A stretch of DNA of 64,000 nt from Blepharisma stoltei ATCC 30299 (lineage: Eukaryota; Protista; Ciliophora): contig CBFDEM010000060.1 in NCBI GenBank assembly GCA_965603825.1, forward strand, positions 434,001 through 498,000, written 5' to 3'. A program made the position numbers and the translations under genes. Of this stretch, positions 12,251 through 23,800 are shown one piece after another (the stretch's first letter is position 1; every line of letters starts with the position of its first letter). The notes beneath the pieces were generated by a model. The model had not been told where the DNA came from and ran no database searches. It saw only the letters and a program-made list of their open reading frames with translations.

Positions 12251-13630
12251 TTACTCCGAAACCATCATGGATTTAGGCATATAAAGTTTTACTTCTCCGT
12301 TCAAAAGAACTACGTTTAATGCTCCATTGGTAATGGTAACACAATCATTTTGCCAGAAAATGTTGCAGACAACTTGACCGTTGGTATACGGGTTATAAGT
12401 CACTGAATACTGAACATTATTAGGAGAATTGGTAAAGGCCATAGTCGCTAAACCCCTTGAGAAGCAATAGAAGTTTGATTGTGCATATCTCTCAATCCAA
12501 GGATAATTCCACAGCTGCATCTGCTTTCTATAATTCACAATTTGCGTCACGAAAGTGTACATCTCTGAAGTTGTCTGGTTTAAATAAGGCCAAATTACTT
12601 CTCTACAATAAGGATCTGGCCCTCCACTGAAGCCTTGTTCATCTCCATAATAAATGATTGGAATCCCCAACGTCGTCACACTCCAGGCAAGTGCGCTCTT
12701 GAATGCATTTAGGTTGCTAGTCCCATTTAAGAACCTTGGGTTATCATGATTGTCCACAAAGGATCCCAAAATGGTTTGGTCTGGAAAGACGCTGCAGCTT
12801 TGCATAAAAGTTCTGCAGTCCCACATCGGCTGTCCTTGCTGGAAAACACTTCTCATCATGAAGAACAGAGGATAGTTCAAAATTCCATCCAAACATCCTT
12901 GATAAGTTGCACAATAATTAGGATCTCCATTGAAGGTTTCTCCCACTGTATAGACTCCAGAGCTCATAGAAAATTCAGCCCAGAAATCCATCGGTACTTC
13001 AATAGCAGTGTCAACCCTTAGCCCGTCAAACCCATATTTATTCACGATCCAATGGATCCAGTTCTTCAAAGTTTGCCTTACAAAAGGATTTTCTTGTGCC
13101 AAATCAGGCAAGGTGCCTAGCCAGCAGTACTCGACGTTAGTTTGGTTGTTCCAATTGCTGATCTCGCAGTAAGGATGATAATATTTCTCATTGTTGAAAG
13201 GGTTTATTTGAGTATAATTAGGTGTAACTGGCCCAACATGGTTGGCTACGACGTCAAGCATCACATACATTCCTCTTGAGTGGCATGCATTAACTAAGTT
13301 AAGAAGATCTTGCTCAGTTCCAAAATTCGGATTAACGCCGTATAAATCTATTGCTGCGTAACCGTGGTAAGCACCAGGATAATTTACTGGGATTGGGGAA
13401 ATCCAGATGGCATCAAAGCCCATATTTTGGATGTAGTCAAGGTTTTGAGTTATTCCATTGAAGGTACCTCCACAGTAATTCCCCAGATCTGGACAAGGCG
13501 AGTTGTCTCCGTTTCCTCTTGAAAAGCGGTCAGTTAAGAGCTGATATATTGTGCGGGATCTCCATTGATCTTTTGTAGCAGCATTTGTGGAAGAAAAGAA
13601 AGTGGCTAGGAGTAATAATAGGTTCCACAT
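12251..13630 (-). CDS. Secreted alpha-amylase (GH13)
   Basis: Signal peptide, WRSRTIYQLLTDRF, DVVANH, GLRVDT, GETF and FVDNHD catalytic regions. Confidence 0.95.
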   Translation of the reverse strand: MWNLLLLLATFFSSTNAATKDQWRSRTIYQLLTDRFSRGNGDNSPCPDLGNYCGGTFNGITQNLDYIQNMGFDAIWISPIPVNYPGAYHGYAAIDLYGVNPNFGTEQDLLNLVNACHSRGMYVMLDVVANHVGPVTPNYTQINPFNNEKYYHPYCEISNWNNQTNVEYCWLGTLPDLAQENPFVRQTLKNWIHWIVNKYGFDGLRVDTAIEVPMDFWAEFSMSSGVYTVGETFNGDPNYCATYQGCLDGILNYPLFFMMRSVFQQGQPMWDCRTFMQSCSVFPDQTILGSFVDNHDNPRFLNGTSNLNAFKSALAWSVTTLGIPIIYYGDEQGFSGGPDPYCREVIWPYLNQTTSEMYTFVTQIVNYRKQMQLWNYPWIERYAQSNFYCFSRGLATMAFTNSPNNVQYSVTYNPYTNGQVVCNIFWQNDCVTITNGALNVVLLNGEVKLYMPKSMMVSE

Positions 13631-13710
13631 TTATATGGGTCTAATCTATTTGAAAAAGAGAGATTTTATTTTAAAGTCCATGAATTATTTAAAATCGAAG
13701 CTTTAGCTTA

Positions 13711-14049
13711 TTATTGAGGAATCTGTATAGGTGTGATTTGCTTATTTAAGAACTTGTACACCTTGCTTTTTATCCAGTCTTTGTTATGAGGAGCAAATGT
13801 TCTTGTTTCTTCAGCGAACACCAAGCAGATAATTTCAGGAATACCTTCAATGTAGTCGTAGAGCTCGCTAAGATCATAAGTAAAAGTAATCCTGTCTGGC
13901 CTTTCAATCCTTAATTGATCCTCATAAGTTTTTACGATAAACTCGATGCACTTATCAAGTGTTTTAAAATCATAGAAGGTTCTCGATTCTTGATTGGGGT
14001 TCTTTTGGACCAAAAGAAGAGTTTGGTTACCTGATTGCTTAAGAGACAT
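13711..14049 (-). CDS. ERH: Enhancer of rudimentary homolog
   Basis: TLLLVQ..ESRTFYDF..FTYDLSELYDYI..PHNKDWIK. Confidence 0.93.
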   Translation of the reverse strand: MSLKQSGNQTLLLVQKNPNQESRTFYDFKTLDKCIEFIVKTYEDQLRIERPDRITFTYDLSELYDYIEGIPEIICLVFAEETRTFAPHNKDWIKSKVYKFLNKQITPIQIPQ

Positions 14050-14495
14050 TTCTATTTAAAATATAATATGAAACCAACACTAATTTATGGATTAATTAAA
14101 TCAATAATCTATAAATGAAATCAATAATTAGTAGGTAGATAGAGCACGCATTATTGCTGTGAGAAATCTTATAATTAATATAGTTTTTAAAAAATCCACA
14201 TTCTAAGCATATTAATTATAATTTATCACTAAGATTATTCAATTAAGGAATTATATGCAGTGATTAGCCAAATTGAAGTTAAAAACAATTTAACTTTTAT
14301 AAAATCCTAATAAATTAAGCATAATCTTGAAAAATAATCTATATGGCTTCTTCAAAATATTCTCAAAAAATCTCTCCAAAAGCGCTATTATTAAAACAGA
14401 ATAGGAAACCAAAAATGGCAGATCGTTAAAAACAATATTTAATTAATAGCACCTATATTTCACAATATTTTCGACTTCTAACTTTTAGTAATTTA

Positions 14496-14503
14496 TTCCC
14501 GCC
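14496..14503 (+). promoter_or_regulatory. E2F-like GC element TTCCCGCC upstream of MCM5
   Basis: Isolated GC-rich motif in an AT-rich spacer, 9 nt before the ATG. Resembles the E2F/DP consensus. Confidence 0.4.
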
Positions 14504-14512
14504 TTTATAATA

Positions 14513-16636
14513 ATGGCGCAAACTGCCTTTGATGGTCAAGAGATTTATTTTTCAGACCAAAATCTCGGGAATGAAGACTTAAATCAGCACAGGATTCAGT
14601 TAGATGCTGCAGCAAGAACCTTTAAACTATTTCTAAGGGATTGGACCAAAGGAAATTCTTATGTATACAGAGAACAGCTTGTAAAGAATGCTGCAAGAGG
14701 AGAATTCTACATAGAAGTTGACCTAGAAGATATCGCAGCATTCGACGAAGGTCTCTGCGAACAAATCATAAAAAACCCGACTGCCATGCTTCCAGAGCTC
14801 GATAAAAGCGCAACTGAAGTATATAGAGGGCTGCTAGCTAGAGATTACGAGCCGCCAACTTTCCAAGTCATGTTCATTTCCAATCAGCGTCCCAAAATGC
14901 TAAGAGATCTCAGCTCAGATCTTATGGGAAAACTTGTAGTTATCCCAGGAATTGTAGTGGCCGCTACTAAGCCTATTGTAAAAGCGACCAAAGTCAAAGC
15001 TCAGTGCTCGAAATGTGGAGACGCAAAAGAATTCGAAGTGCCAGCTGGCTTTTCTAAATTTTCGTTACCTAGGGTATGTGGAAACATAAATCGCCCTGCA
15101 GGTGAAAAATGCCCATTGGATTCTTACGTAATTTTGAGCCACGAATGCTCTTTTATTGATCTCCAAACGATTAAAGTTCAAGAAAGACCTGAAGATGTCC
15201 CAACCGGAGAAATGCCAAGAACAGTTTCTGCTTCAGTTGAGCGCTATTTAGTTGACAAAATCTCCCCAGGATCTAGAATTACTTTAATTGCGATTTTTTC
15301 AGTCAATGACAGAGGGTCATCAATTTTAAAAAATTCTTATTTAAGAGGAATTGGTATCATCGTCGACAACACAGAGCATGCCCGCTTCAGGAACTTTTAT
15401 TCAGTGGACGATGAAGAACTGTTCCACACCATGTCAAGAGACCCAGAAATCTACAACAAAATCTGGAAAAGTATTGCTCCTGCTGTATTTGGCAACGAAG
15501 ACATCAAAAAAGCAATAGCATGCTTGCTGTTCGGAGGCTCACGAAAGACTTTGCCTGAAGGTGTGAGACTAAGAGGCGATATAAATGTTTTACTGATCGG
15601 TGACCCATCTACAGCTAAAAGTCAATTTTTAAAGTTCGTTTCGAGGGTCGCACCTATTGCAGTTTACACTTCAGGAAAAGGGTCAAGTGCATCTGGTCTT
15701 ACAGCTTCAGTGATAAAGGACGCATCGTCAGGAGAGTTTCAGCTGGAAGGAGGAGCTATGGTTTTAGCTGATGGAGGAGTTGTATGTATTGACGAGTTCG
15801 ATAAAATGAGACCTGATGATCGCGTAGCAATTCATGAAGCTATGGAACAGCAAACCATAAGTATTGCAAAAGCTGGAATAACTACAATATTGAACTCCAG
15901 AACAAGTGTCCTAGCTGCCGCTAACCCTATTTATGGCTCTTATGATGACTTAAAGCAAGCACAGGAGCAAATTGAGCTACAAAGTACAATTTTGTCAAGA
16001 TTTGACTGTATTTTCTTAGTAAGAGATCTAAGAAACGAAGCTCATGACAGAGAAATGGCAGCTCACGTTGTGAACCTACACATGGGAAACACCATGCATT
16101 TAGAAGAAACCAGCGATATAGAAATCAATGAGCTGAAAAAATACATCGCATATGCAAGATCAAAATGCGTCCCAAGACTTCATGAAGACTCTGCAAAGCT
16201 GCTTCAAAACTTTTACGTTTCTGATAGGAAGAAGCAGGCTAATGGTGCTTTCCCTGTAACAGTCAGACAACTTGAAGCAATCATAAGACTTTCTGAGTCT
16301 ATCGCAAAAATGTCTTTAAGTACTGTTGTGACGACAAATCATGTAGAAGAAGCACACAGACTATTTGAAGTTTCTACGATGAATGCAGCTAGCGCAGGTC
16401 TGAGTGCAGCAGGAATTTCAGTTCCAAGAGAAATGGCTGAGCTCGTGATGAAAATTGAAGAAGCCACTCGCCGTAGAGTTGCAATAGGTACGAAAATTAC
16501 AAAAGCAAGGCTTGAGCAAGAGCTCCTTACGATGTTCACAGACTATAGAGCAGTCGAAATGGCTTTAGTAAACATGATCAAACGTGAAGAGTTTCAACAA
16601 AGAGATGGCTGGAAAATGCTACAGAGAACCCGCTAA
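14513..16636 (+). CDS. MCM5: DNA replication licensing factor MCM5
   Basis: EIYFSD N-terminus, GDPSTAKSQ Walker A, IDEFDKM, MRPDDRVAIHEAMEQQTIS, SRFD. Confidence 0.96.
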   Translation: MAQTAFDGQEIYFSDQNLGNEDLNQHRIQLDAAARTFKLFLRDWTKGNSYVYREQLVKNAARGEFYIEVDLEDIAAFDEGLCEQIIKNPTAMLPELDKSATEVYRGLLARDYEPPTFQVMFISNQRPKMLRDLSSDLMGKLVVIPGIVVAATKPIVKATKVKAQCSKCGDAKEFEVPAGFSKFSLPRVCGNINRPAGEKCPLDSYVILSHECSFIDLQTIKVQERPEDVPTGEMPRTVSASVERYLVDKISPGSRITLIAIFSVNDRGSSILKNSYLRGIGIIVDNTEHARFRNFYSVDDEELFHTMSRDPEIYNKIWKSIAPAVFGNEDIKKAIACLLFGGSRKTLPEGVRLRGDINVLLIGDPSTAKSQFLKFVSRVAPIAVYTSGKGSSASGLTASVIKDASSGEFQLEGGAMVLADGGVVCIDEFDKMRPDDRVAIHEAMEQQTISIAKAGITTILNSRTSVLAAANPIYGSYDDLKQAQEQIELQSTILSRFDCIFLVRDLRNEAHDREMAAHVVNLHMGNTMHLEETSDIEINELKKYIAYARSKCVPRLHEDSAKLLQNFYVSDRKKQANGAFPVTVRQLEAIIRLSESIAKMSLSTVVTTNHVEEAHRLFEVSTMNAASAGLSAAGISVPREMAELVMKIEEATRRRVAIGTKITKARLEQELLTMFTDYRAVEMALVNMIKREEFQQRDGWKMLQRTR

Positions 16637-16678
16637 TTAAATTGCATAAAATTAAAGTTTTATATAACTGATAAAATA

Positions 16679-17038
16679 ATGTCGAGCCTGAGGTCAAATT
16701 CAGCATATACAAATACCTCCGCCAGCAAGTCCGGTATTGGAGTAGCCAAGGACGAGCCTTTAAAGCCACCCACAATTGACTACATTGACATGCCCAAAAC
16801 TCTTTACGACTCTGCCAGAGAAGCTTGCGAAAATGCAGTGCGGCAATTAAAGAAAGGAGAGAAGAAGCATTATTATAAGTGTGCCAAAATTATTAAAAAG
16901 ACCCTGGAAGAGAGACATCGAGGATCTTATCACGTGATCATGGGAAAAGACTTCGGAAGCTTTTTCAGCTATGAAGCAGGGAATTGTGTGCAGTTCTGGA
17001 TTAACGAGTACTGCTTTTTGATATTTAAGCATGGATAA
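16679..17038 (+). CDS. Dynein light chain type 1 family (DNAL4-like)
   Basis: AKIIKKTLEE..YHVIMGKDFGSFFSYE..FLIFK. Confidence 0.88.
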   Translation: MSSLRSNSAYTNTSASKSGIGVAKDEPLKPPTIDYIDMPKTLYDSAREACENAVRQLKKGEKKHYYKCAKIIKKTLEERHRGSYHVIMGKDFGSFFSYEAGNCVQFWINEYCFLIFKHG

Positions 17039-17096
17039 GGTGACTATTTTTGAAAAAATTGTAATTGCATGCATTATTATTAGTCTATAATAGAAA

Positions 17097-18071
17097 ATGG
17101 ACGCAGCTCTACAGTGCACTTTGTGCTCAAACAGGTACAATACAGCAGATCGTATCCCTAGATTCCTTCCTTGTGGCCACACATTTTGTAATTCTTGTTT
17201 AATATCAATCCTTGCTCATCCATCTCCTGAATGTCCAGATGATTCGGTCGCTATACCATACTCATCTCCAGACCTCCTACCAAAGAACGTGTTGCTTCTA
17301 AAATTAGTTTCTAAAACTAAACAAATTTTATGCACTGAACACAAGAAAAAATTAGAATACGTTTGTATGACTGAAAAAATTAAAATTTGTTCCTATTGCG
17401 CTTTGCTTGGTGCTCATAAAGATCATGATGTGAAGCCTCTAGAAGAAATAATGAACGAAGTACATATGAGGGCAAGATGCCTTTTAGACATGCTAGAAAT
17501 GATGGACCGCACTGAAATCGAAATAGATGGCACTGTCATGGATTATTTAGAAAAGGTCAATAAAAAGTTCGTGCAGAAAAAGAGTGAAACTGAAGAGAAA
17601 ATAAAGAAAAAATTCAAAAAAATAAGGAAATTAATCGATACACTGGAAAAATCAACTTTAGAAACAGTCGCGAAAAACATTGAATTCATTGAAAGTGCCA
17701 TCACCGCAGCTAAAGAGACTCCTAAAAGAATATGTGCGCAGTCACGGGAGTGGAAAGATGTCGCAAGAGATGTCCTGGACCTCGTAGATGCAAGATGTGA
17801 GGACCCAAATAGTGTGGTTTTTGAAATTTTAGGGAAGGATACAAATGATTTGCTGAGTTTTGGAGAAAAGCTGCTGACTGAGCTAGATGGAGCAAGAGCG
17901 ATCACAAATCAGAAATTTGATGACATGATTGAGAGTTTGAAAGTAGAGTTTGCTGAAAAGGGAGTTAATAACTTATGCAAGGTATATCCTTTGAGTACAT
18001 TCAATTTTAAACAAGAAGAGCCACAAACTGAGTCACTAATAGGTCACTCTCCTGACTCAAGTTTAGTTTAA
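17097..18071 (+). CDS. RING + B-box + coiled-coil (TRIM-like) E3 ligase
   Basis: CTLC..PRFLPCGHTFCNSC..CPDD; CTEH..C..CSYCALLGAHKDH. Confidence 0.88.
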   Translation: MDAALQCTLCSNRYNTADRIPRFLPCGHTFCNSCLISILAHPSPECPDDSVAIPYSSPDLLPKNVLLLKLVSKTKQILCTEHKKKLEYVCMTEKIKICSYCALLGAHKDHDVKPLEEIMNEVHMRARCLLDMLEMMDRTEIEIDGTVMDYLEKVNKKFVQKKSETEEKIKKKFKKIRKLIDTLEKSTLETVAKNIEFIESAITAAKETPKRICAQSREWKDVARDVLDLVDARCEDPNSVVFEILGKDTNDLLSFGEKLLTELDGARAITNQKFDDMIESLKVEFAEKGVNNLCKVYPLSTFNFKQEEPQTESLIGHSPDSSLV

Positions 18072-18129
18072 TTAATATAAGAAATTAAAAGGCTATTATT
18101 GAGGTTGCTGATGTGTGAAAAATTAGCAT

Positions 18130-19872
18130 TTAATTAGTTATTTTATGGATAAATCCTATTTTTGAACTTTTTCTATCGCCCCAAAATGGAATGTCTTCTT
18201 CTAGCTGTTTCATCACATTTAGACACATTTCGTCCCTAAATGGAGCTGCAATTACCTGAACGTTAATGGGTAAACCCTTACTGTTTTGCATAAGTTTATT
18301 CATATACTTTGTTCATTCTTCATTAGTTTCGTTATAATACTGTTCATCTTCATTTATATACCCAACAGGGACGTTTCCTGCAGGGCAATTAAGCAAATTA
18401 AAGAACCAAACATAAGCAAAGCCTGGGTATAAAAATTCATAAGTATCATGCAAATGTGCAGGAAATGGATAAGGTGCCAAAATTGCATCAATATTCAAAT
18501 CAGCAAGCCTCCTTAGGAACTCTTCTTTCATTTTGGTAAGCTTAGCAAGAGTTTTAACAAAGTTGAATCCAGATTTCAAGTTTAGTGCCCTCCAGTAAAA
18601 GGATTCTTTATTTTTAGAAATTCAATTTCTTAGTCTTCCATATCAGGATCTTGCGTATAGAAATTTACTCTGGTGTCTTGGTGCTTCTCCATTAGGTCTC
18701 ACAGCAGAATTATGGAGGATACAGACAATTAACTCATTGATTAAATCAAAATCAGGAAGCTGGATTTCTATTAGCTCGTGGCCTCTATTGTGAAGCGACT
18801 GTTTTGCTATTTCTAAAGCTCTTTCCATTGCAGCCGGCAAAGGTCAATATGCATTGCTCCCAACATATCCAATCTTTAAATTTCTTTTGTCTTTATAGGT
18901 TTCTTCTTTCCAACAAATAGGGATAACTCTTGGATCACTGTTAAAAGATGTATCTGTGCAAGCAACTTTCATATATAGTGCACAATCCTCCACTGATTTT
19001 GCTAGCGGGCCAAACCCAGTTGCTAAGCAAGGAAAAGGATTTATAAACCCTGAAGGTGAGTAGCTAGAAATTCTTGTGCATGTCGGCCTAAAACCATAAA
19101 TTCCACAAAAAGAAGCTGGAATTCTAATGCTTCCAAATAAATCAGTTCCCAGTCCTAAAGCACAGCAGCCAAGAGACACTAACGCAGCATCACCACCACT
19201 AGACCCTCCAGTAGTCCTGTTCTGATCATATGGATTTAAAGCCCTTATCTGAAGATTATTGACAACCTCTAAAGAGGAAAGCCCTTGTGGAACTGAGCCA
19301 AGAACATGTACTATAGCGCCTTGTTTTTTTAGTATTTTTACAATTTGCGAAGTTTCGTTTTGAATATAATTTATAAATTTGGAAAGACCAATTGTGCAAG
19401 GAAGACCTTTTACTGAAAAGTAGTCCTTCACACTTATAGGGATCCCATGAAGCAGACCTCGTTTTTTGCCTGATAGTCTTTCTTCATCAAGAATTCACGC
19501 CTTTCTGAGAGCTTTCTCAAAATCTATATTGCTGACTGCTCCATAAGGCATCCCGACTTTTCTGATCCTGTGGATATAAGTTATAACAATTTCTTCGGAA
19601 TTAAATTCTCGATTATCTAGCCCTTGAATAAGTTCTGTAATTGTGGCATTTTCAATTCTCTCTGCCAACTCTCTAGGTAGTTCTGGCAAATTTACTGTAC
19701 CCATAATAGTCTGTTTTATTCCTTCGAATTTTAGTTTCGTATTTCTTATCATTTGATTATTTTGCTTATTTTTGTCAAGTTGGCTTTTGAGCAGTACGAA
19801 TGAAGACACTGCTATGGTGCTCAATCAAATGGCTAAAATTTTAGGGTCTAGGCTTGCAAATTTATGCTCCAT
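18130..19872 (-). CDS. Amidase-signature family hydrolase (FAAH-like)
   Basis: Four ORFs join through TGA=W. LHGIPISVKD, GGSSGG, GTDLFGSIRIPASFCG, GLPINVQVIA. Confidence 0.92.
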
Positions 19873-20859
19873 ATTATTTACTGTTATAAGTAAAAAAATT
19901 TGTGAAGAAACCGAGATAAAAGAGTTTCCATTATATTGGAGATTTTAATGAATAAATAAAATAGATTTTTAAAAAAAATCTAAAGGAGCATAGAAGAAAA
20001 AATTTAAAAATTACACAAGTTTTGTATTTATTATATTAAGATCTGAAATTTTAAATTTTAACAATAAATTCGCCTCAACTATAGATGCCATATTTTTTTC
20101 AAACATTTTGGATAAATCTTGAGAAAAATATTATAATGATCTTATCAGCATAGACATATATCACTGGATATTACCTATAGCAATTCCTCTCCATTTTCGA
20201 GCATTCTTTTACCTTGGTTTTGCTAATATAATCCATACATGTTTTAGTTTATGCTGGCTGCATAATAGTTTTACCTTTTCTTAGGATTAAAATTTATAAA
20301 ATATATAATTTTAATTTTATACAGTGTTGAGAAGTCAACCATCAAATTTGGTTAAGCAAGGAGGAAATATTAATGCTATTGAGTTTTTATAATTCGGAGT
20401 GATTTTGAAACCAAATATAATTTAATTTAGTAATTCGGACATGATTGTTTGCAAGAAACCGATGAATTAATAATCCTGTTCCGCCCGATCCCTAATTTCC
20501 TACAGGAGGTCAATTATTGTCAACTCAAAAATATTAAATGAACTCTTGAAATAACAGAAAATATTACATAAACTTGATAGCTCAGATCTTCCAAGCTATT
20601 CATCAAATCCAGTTAATGGTTTAAACCATGAAGGCTCTTATTTTGCTATGAGAAAATCAACGAGTCAAAATATGTCCCTGCAAAATTTTAATTTCAAATT
20701 ATATAAACAAATTATTTTGAGAGCAAGCGCCTGTATCTATAATTTTTAAAAATTTTGCTATTCAGAAAATAAAAACGAGATTTTACATCTTATCTTTTAT
20801 AAATTTCTATTAATACATAAAACAGAAATTAAATATGGGGCTTCTAAAATAAACTAAAA

Positions 20860-23800
20860 ATGCAGAAAACAAACCAATCAGTATCCACGTTCATCCCCAA
20901 AGTTCAAATTCACCCTTCAGCACTTGTCAATATAGCTTATTATATGGTTCAATACAGCAATGTCCTTCAACCCAAGCTTGGAATTTTGATGGGGCATACA
21001 ATATCTGATGTCTTTAAGATAGATATCTCATTTGAAGCAATTTATTCAAATAGCCCTGAAGGAAAAGAAATCGACGATAAGAAGACACAGGAAAAAATAG
21101 ACACTATTTCAAGAGCGATTCCCGATTGCAAATTTTTGGATTATATCTAGAATGCCTGCCATCCCAAAATGAAAAGGACTTCTTTTATAAATTAAACATT
21201 AGAATTGATTGTGCTATTTTTCTTGTTTGGAAAAGTCACACAACTGATGATTTCGAAGCCGAAAATAATCCGATTGATGCTTATGGTGCGTTTACAAAAA
21301 ATTACTTAGCTGAGCTCATAAAAGTTCCCTATGAAATTAAAGGAAGTCCTTCAAAAAGTCTCAATACTTCTCTTAAAAGAAAAAAACCATCTGAAGAAGC
21401 CTTAACGAATATTTACGTAGATGCTATTAACGACTTATGCGCAAAGCTATCAAGCATTCTAAATGAAACAGATCATAATTTTATATTCCAGGCTGAACAA
21501 AATTTAAGCTTGAAATTGAATAAGTCCGATTTAACTGTTTCCATAAATTCTCAAGATGAATTAATAGAGAGCACAACCAAAAGTTTTCCCAACTTGACTT
21601 TGAGTGCCGACACTGACTTAATTAAAATAAAAATACAAAAAAACTTACAAAATTTAGATAACTTAAAATTATCTATAAAGGAAGTGGATCTCTCAGAATC
21701 TGAGTTTTATATCACTAATTTAGAGATTATAAATACTTGCTTGATGAAAACAGCAAATGAGATTATTGAAAAAGAAACTAGCCTAAACCCTACTCAAACC
21801 ATAAATAAACAACGAGCATTGAAAACTTGCTAGAAACTGTAAAATGCATAACTTATTATCATGAAAAAAATTTGTCTTTATCATTTAATCATTTACTTAA
21901 ATGGTTTGAATGCACATGGGCACCTTGCAGCAATATGATTTTAGAAATAATTTGCAAAAATAAGTTTAAGCTCCAGAATTGTGAAATCGATTATTTAATT
22001 TTAAAATTAGATGAATGCGACATAGTCAAAACAAGTTTTCAAAAATCAGACAGTCTGCCAATTCATAAATTTGAAGAATTTTGCTTACTCTGGGCACTAG
22101 CTTTAAGGAATAAAGATCGCTATCAAATTTTTATTGCAAAGTATGAATCGATAGCAGATCTAGTTAGATGCAAAATTGAAAAATTTATTGGCCTAACAGA
22201 TGAGAAAATAGGATCATTTGCTTTGTACTGGGCTTCTTTAATAAACGATAATAAAACCATTAGTGATGAAGCCGCAATCAATTACGGACAGTATATTGAC
22301 AGCACTCTTAGCAATGTTAAAACAAGATGCACTCTTGATCTTATTATGAATTTAAGAGCAATAATAGATAACTGTGAATTTAAAAGGGAACTATTTATAG
22401 AAAAACTAGCTGATTTGTTTCCTTTATCTAATCAAAATCTGATCCTAAAAGTTTTTTCAGTTGACAGCAATTTTTTGGAGCTGTTTACGAGCCATTATTT
22501 GGCGTACCTTGATTCTTATTCCAGCATAGCGTATGAAAATAGAGTTGCTTATGTTCTCAAATTAATAGATACTTATATTTGCGATCATAGAAAATTTTTT
22601 CAGCTATCGATTTTAGAAAATCTTGACGAAAAAATAAAAATCAAAAACTTTTGATATCACGGTACATATCAGGAAATATTGAAAAATCTTGCAGATACTC
22701 AACTTGAGTCTGGAGTTTATAATTCAAAATTTTTAGACAATTATTTTTGTAAATTGACATCAGAAAGTCAAGATCCAGATAATTTCAAAATCTGGATCAA
22801 AAATTTTATGATACTGCTCAAATACATGTTTTTGAGTAAAACCAAGCTAGAAATTGAAAATAGACAAGCGCTTGTGTTTACTTATATTGCTCGGTTCATG
22901 TCAAATATTCTTAAATATAGGGATAATTTCAACAGAAATAAGCTTATATCAATTTTAGAATTATGTTATAAATTTATTCCTGGTTTACACAACTATATAA
23001 ACCAAATGCTATCAAAAATGTATTATAAAAAAATTAAATCAACTAGCTATGATTGTAGTTGGGAAAAATATGTTTCATCGTTTATATATGGCTCTGAACA
23101 TTATTGCGAGATTTCAGAACATAATTTAAGCTGGACAAACAAAGAATCTAGTCCTATCCCTAAATTTATTATAGATACTCTTAAAACGATTTCATCTTAT
23201 TTAAAAGAGCTCACATTTGATGAAATTAAGGCAAACTTAAAACAAAAACTAGAACAATTTACAAATGATGAGCTCATTAATTTTAATCTTGCTGAAATAA
23301 ACTCAGAAGATTGCAAAACTAGCAAAACAATAGCAAAATATTTGACTTCATTATTGATTAATAGAGGAATTGAGGGAATGATAAGTATGATGAATGACCT
23401 TGCCGCAAAAAATGATAATGATGCCAGGTTAGGATGAGTCAAGTTAAGATATTTGAAGATTTGCCAGGAAGCTTTATTTTTAATTCTATTTTCGATGAAA
23501 ATCATCATTTTGCAATTAGACAGCTTCTTGTTTCAGAAATTTCATGCATCTTTTATTGCAAATTAACTACTGATCAGCTTCAATGGATTTTAAACGATCT
23601 GAATCACTATGCTGCGATGGTCATTGTGGAGGGATCACCTGAAAGAATATCTAATAAGATTGAACAAGGTTTGCGCACGATTTTACATTCAAAAGTTGCT
23701 GAATCAGCATATTTGCTTTTAGGATTTAATAGAGAAGCCCTCACATCTTTAACATTTGAAATTTTTAAATTTCCAGTTAGGAGAGAAATCGATGGGGTAA

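Noticed and set aside
9486-19872. Importin, amidase and other TGA-split genes as pseudogenes
   Set aside because: The fragments are in one frame, separated only by TGA at Trp positions, with intact motifs.
21148-21833. TAG reassigned to Gln or read through
   Set aside because: The sequence after these TAGs continues in a different frame, and TAG is the true stop of several genes (9026, 11100, 34441, 61332).
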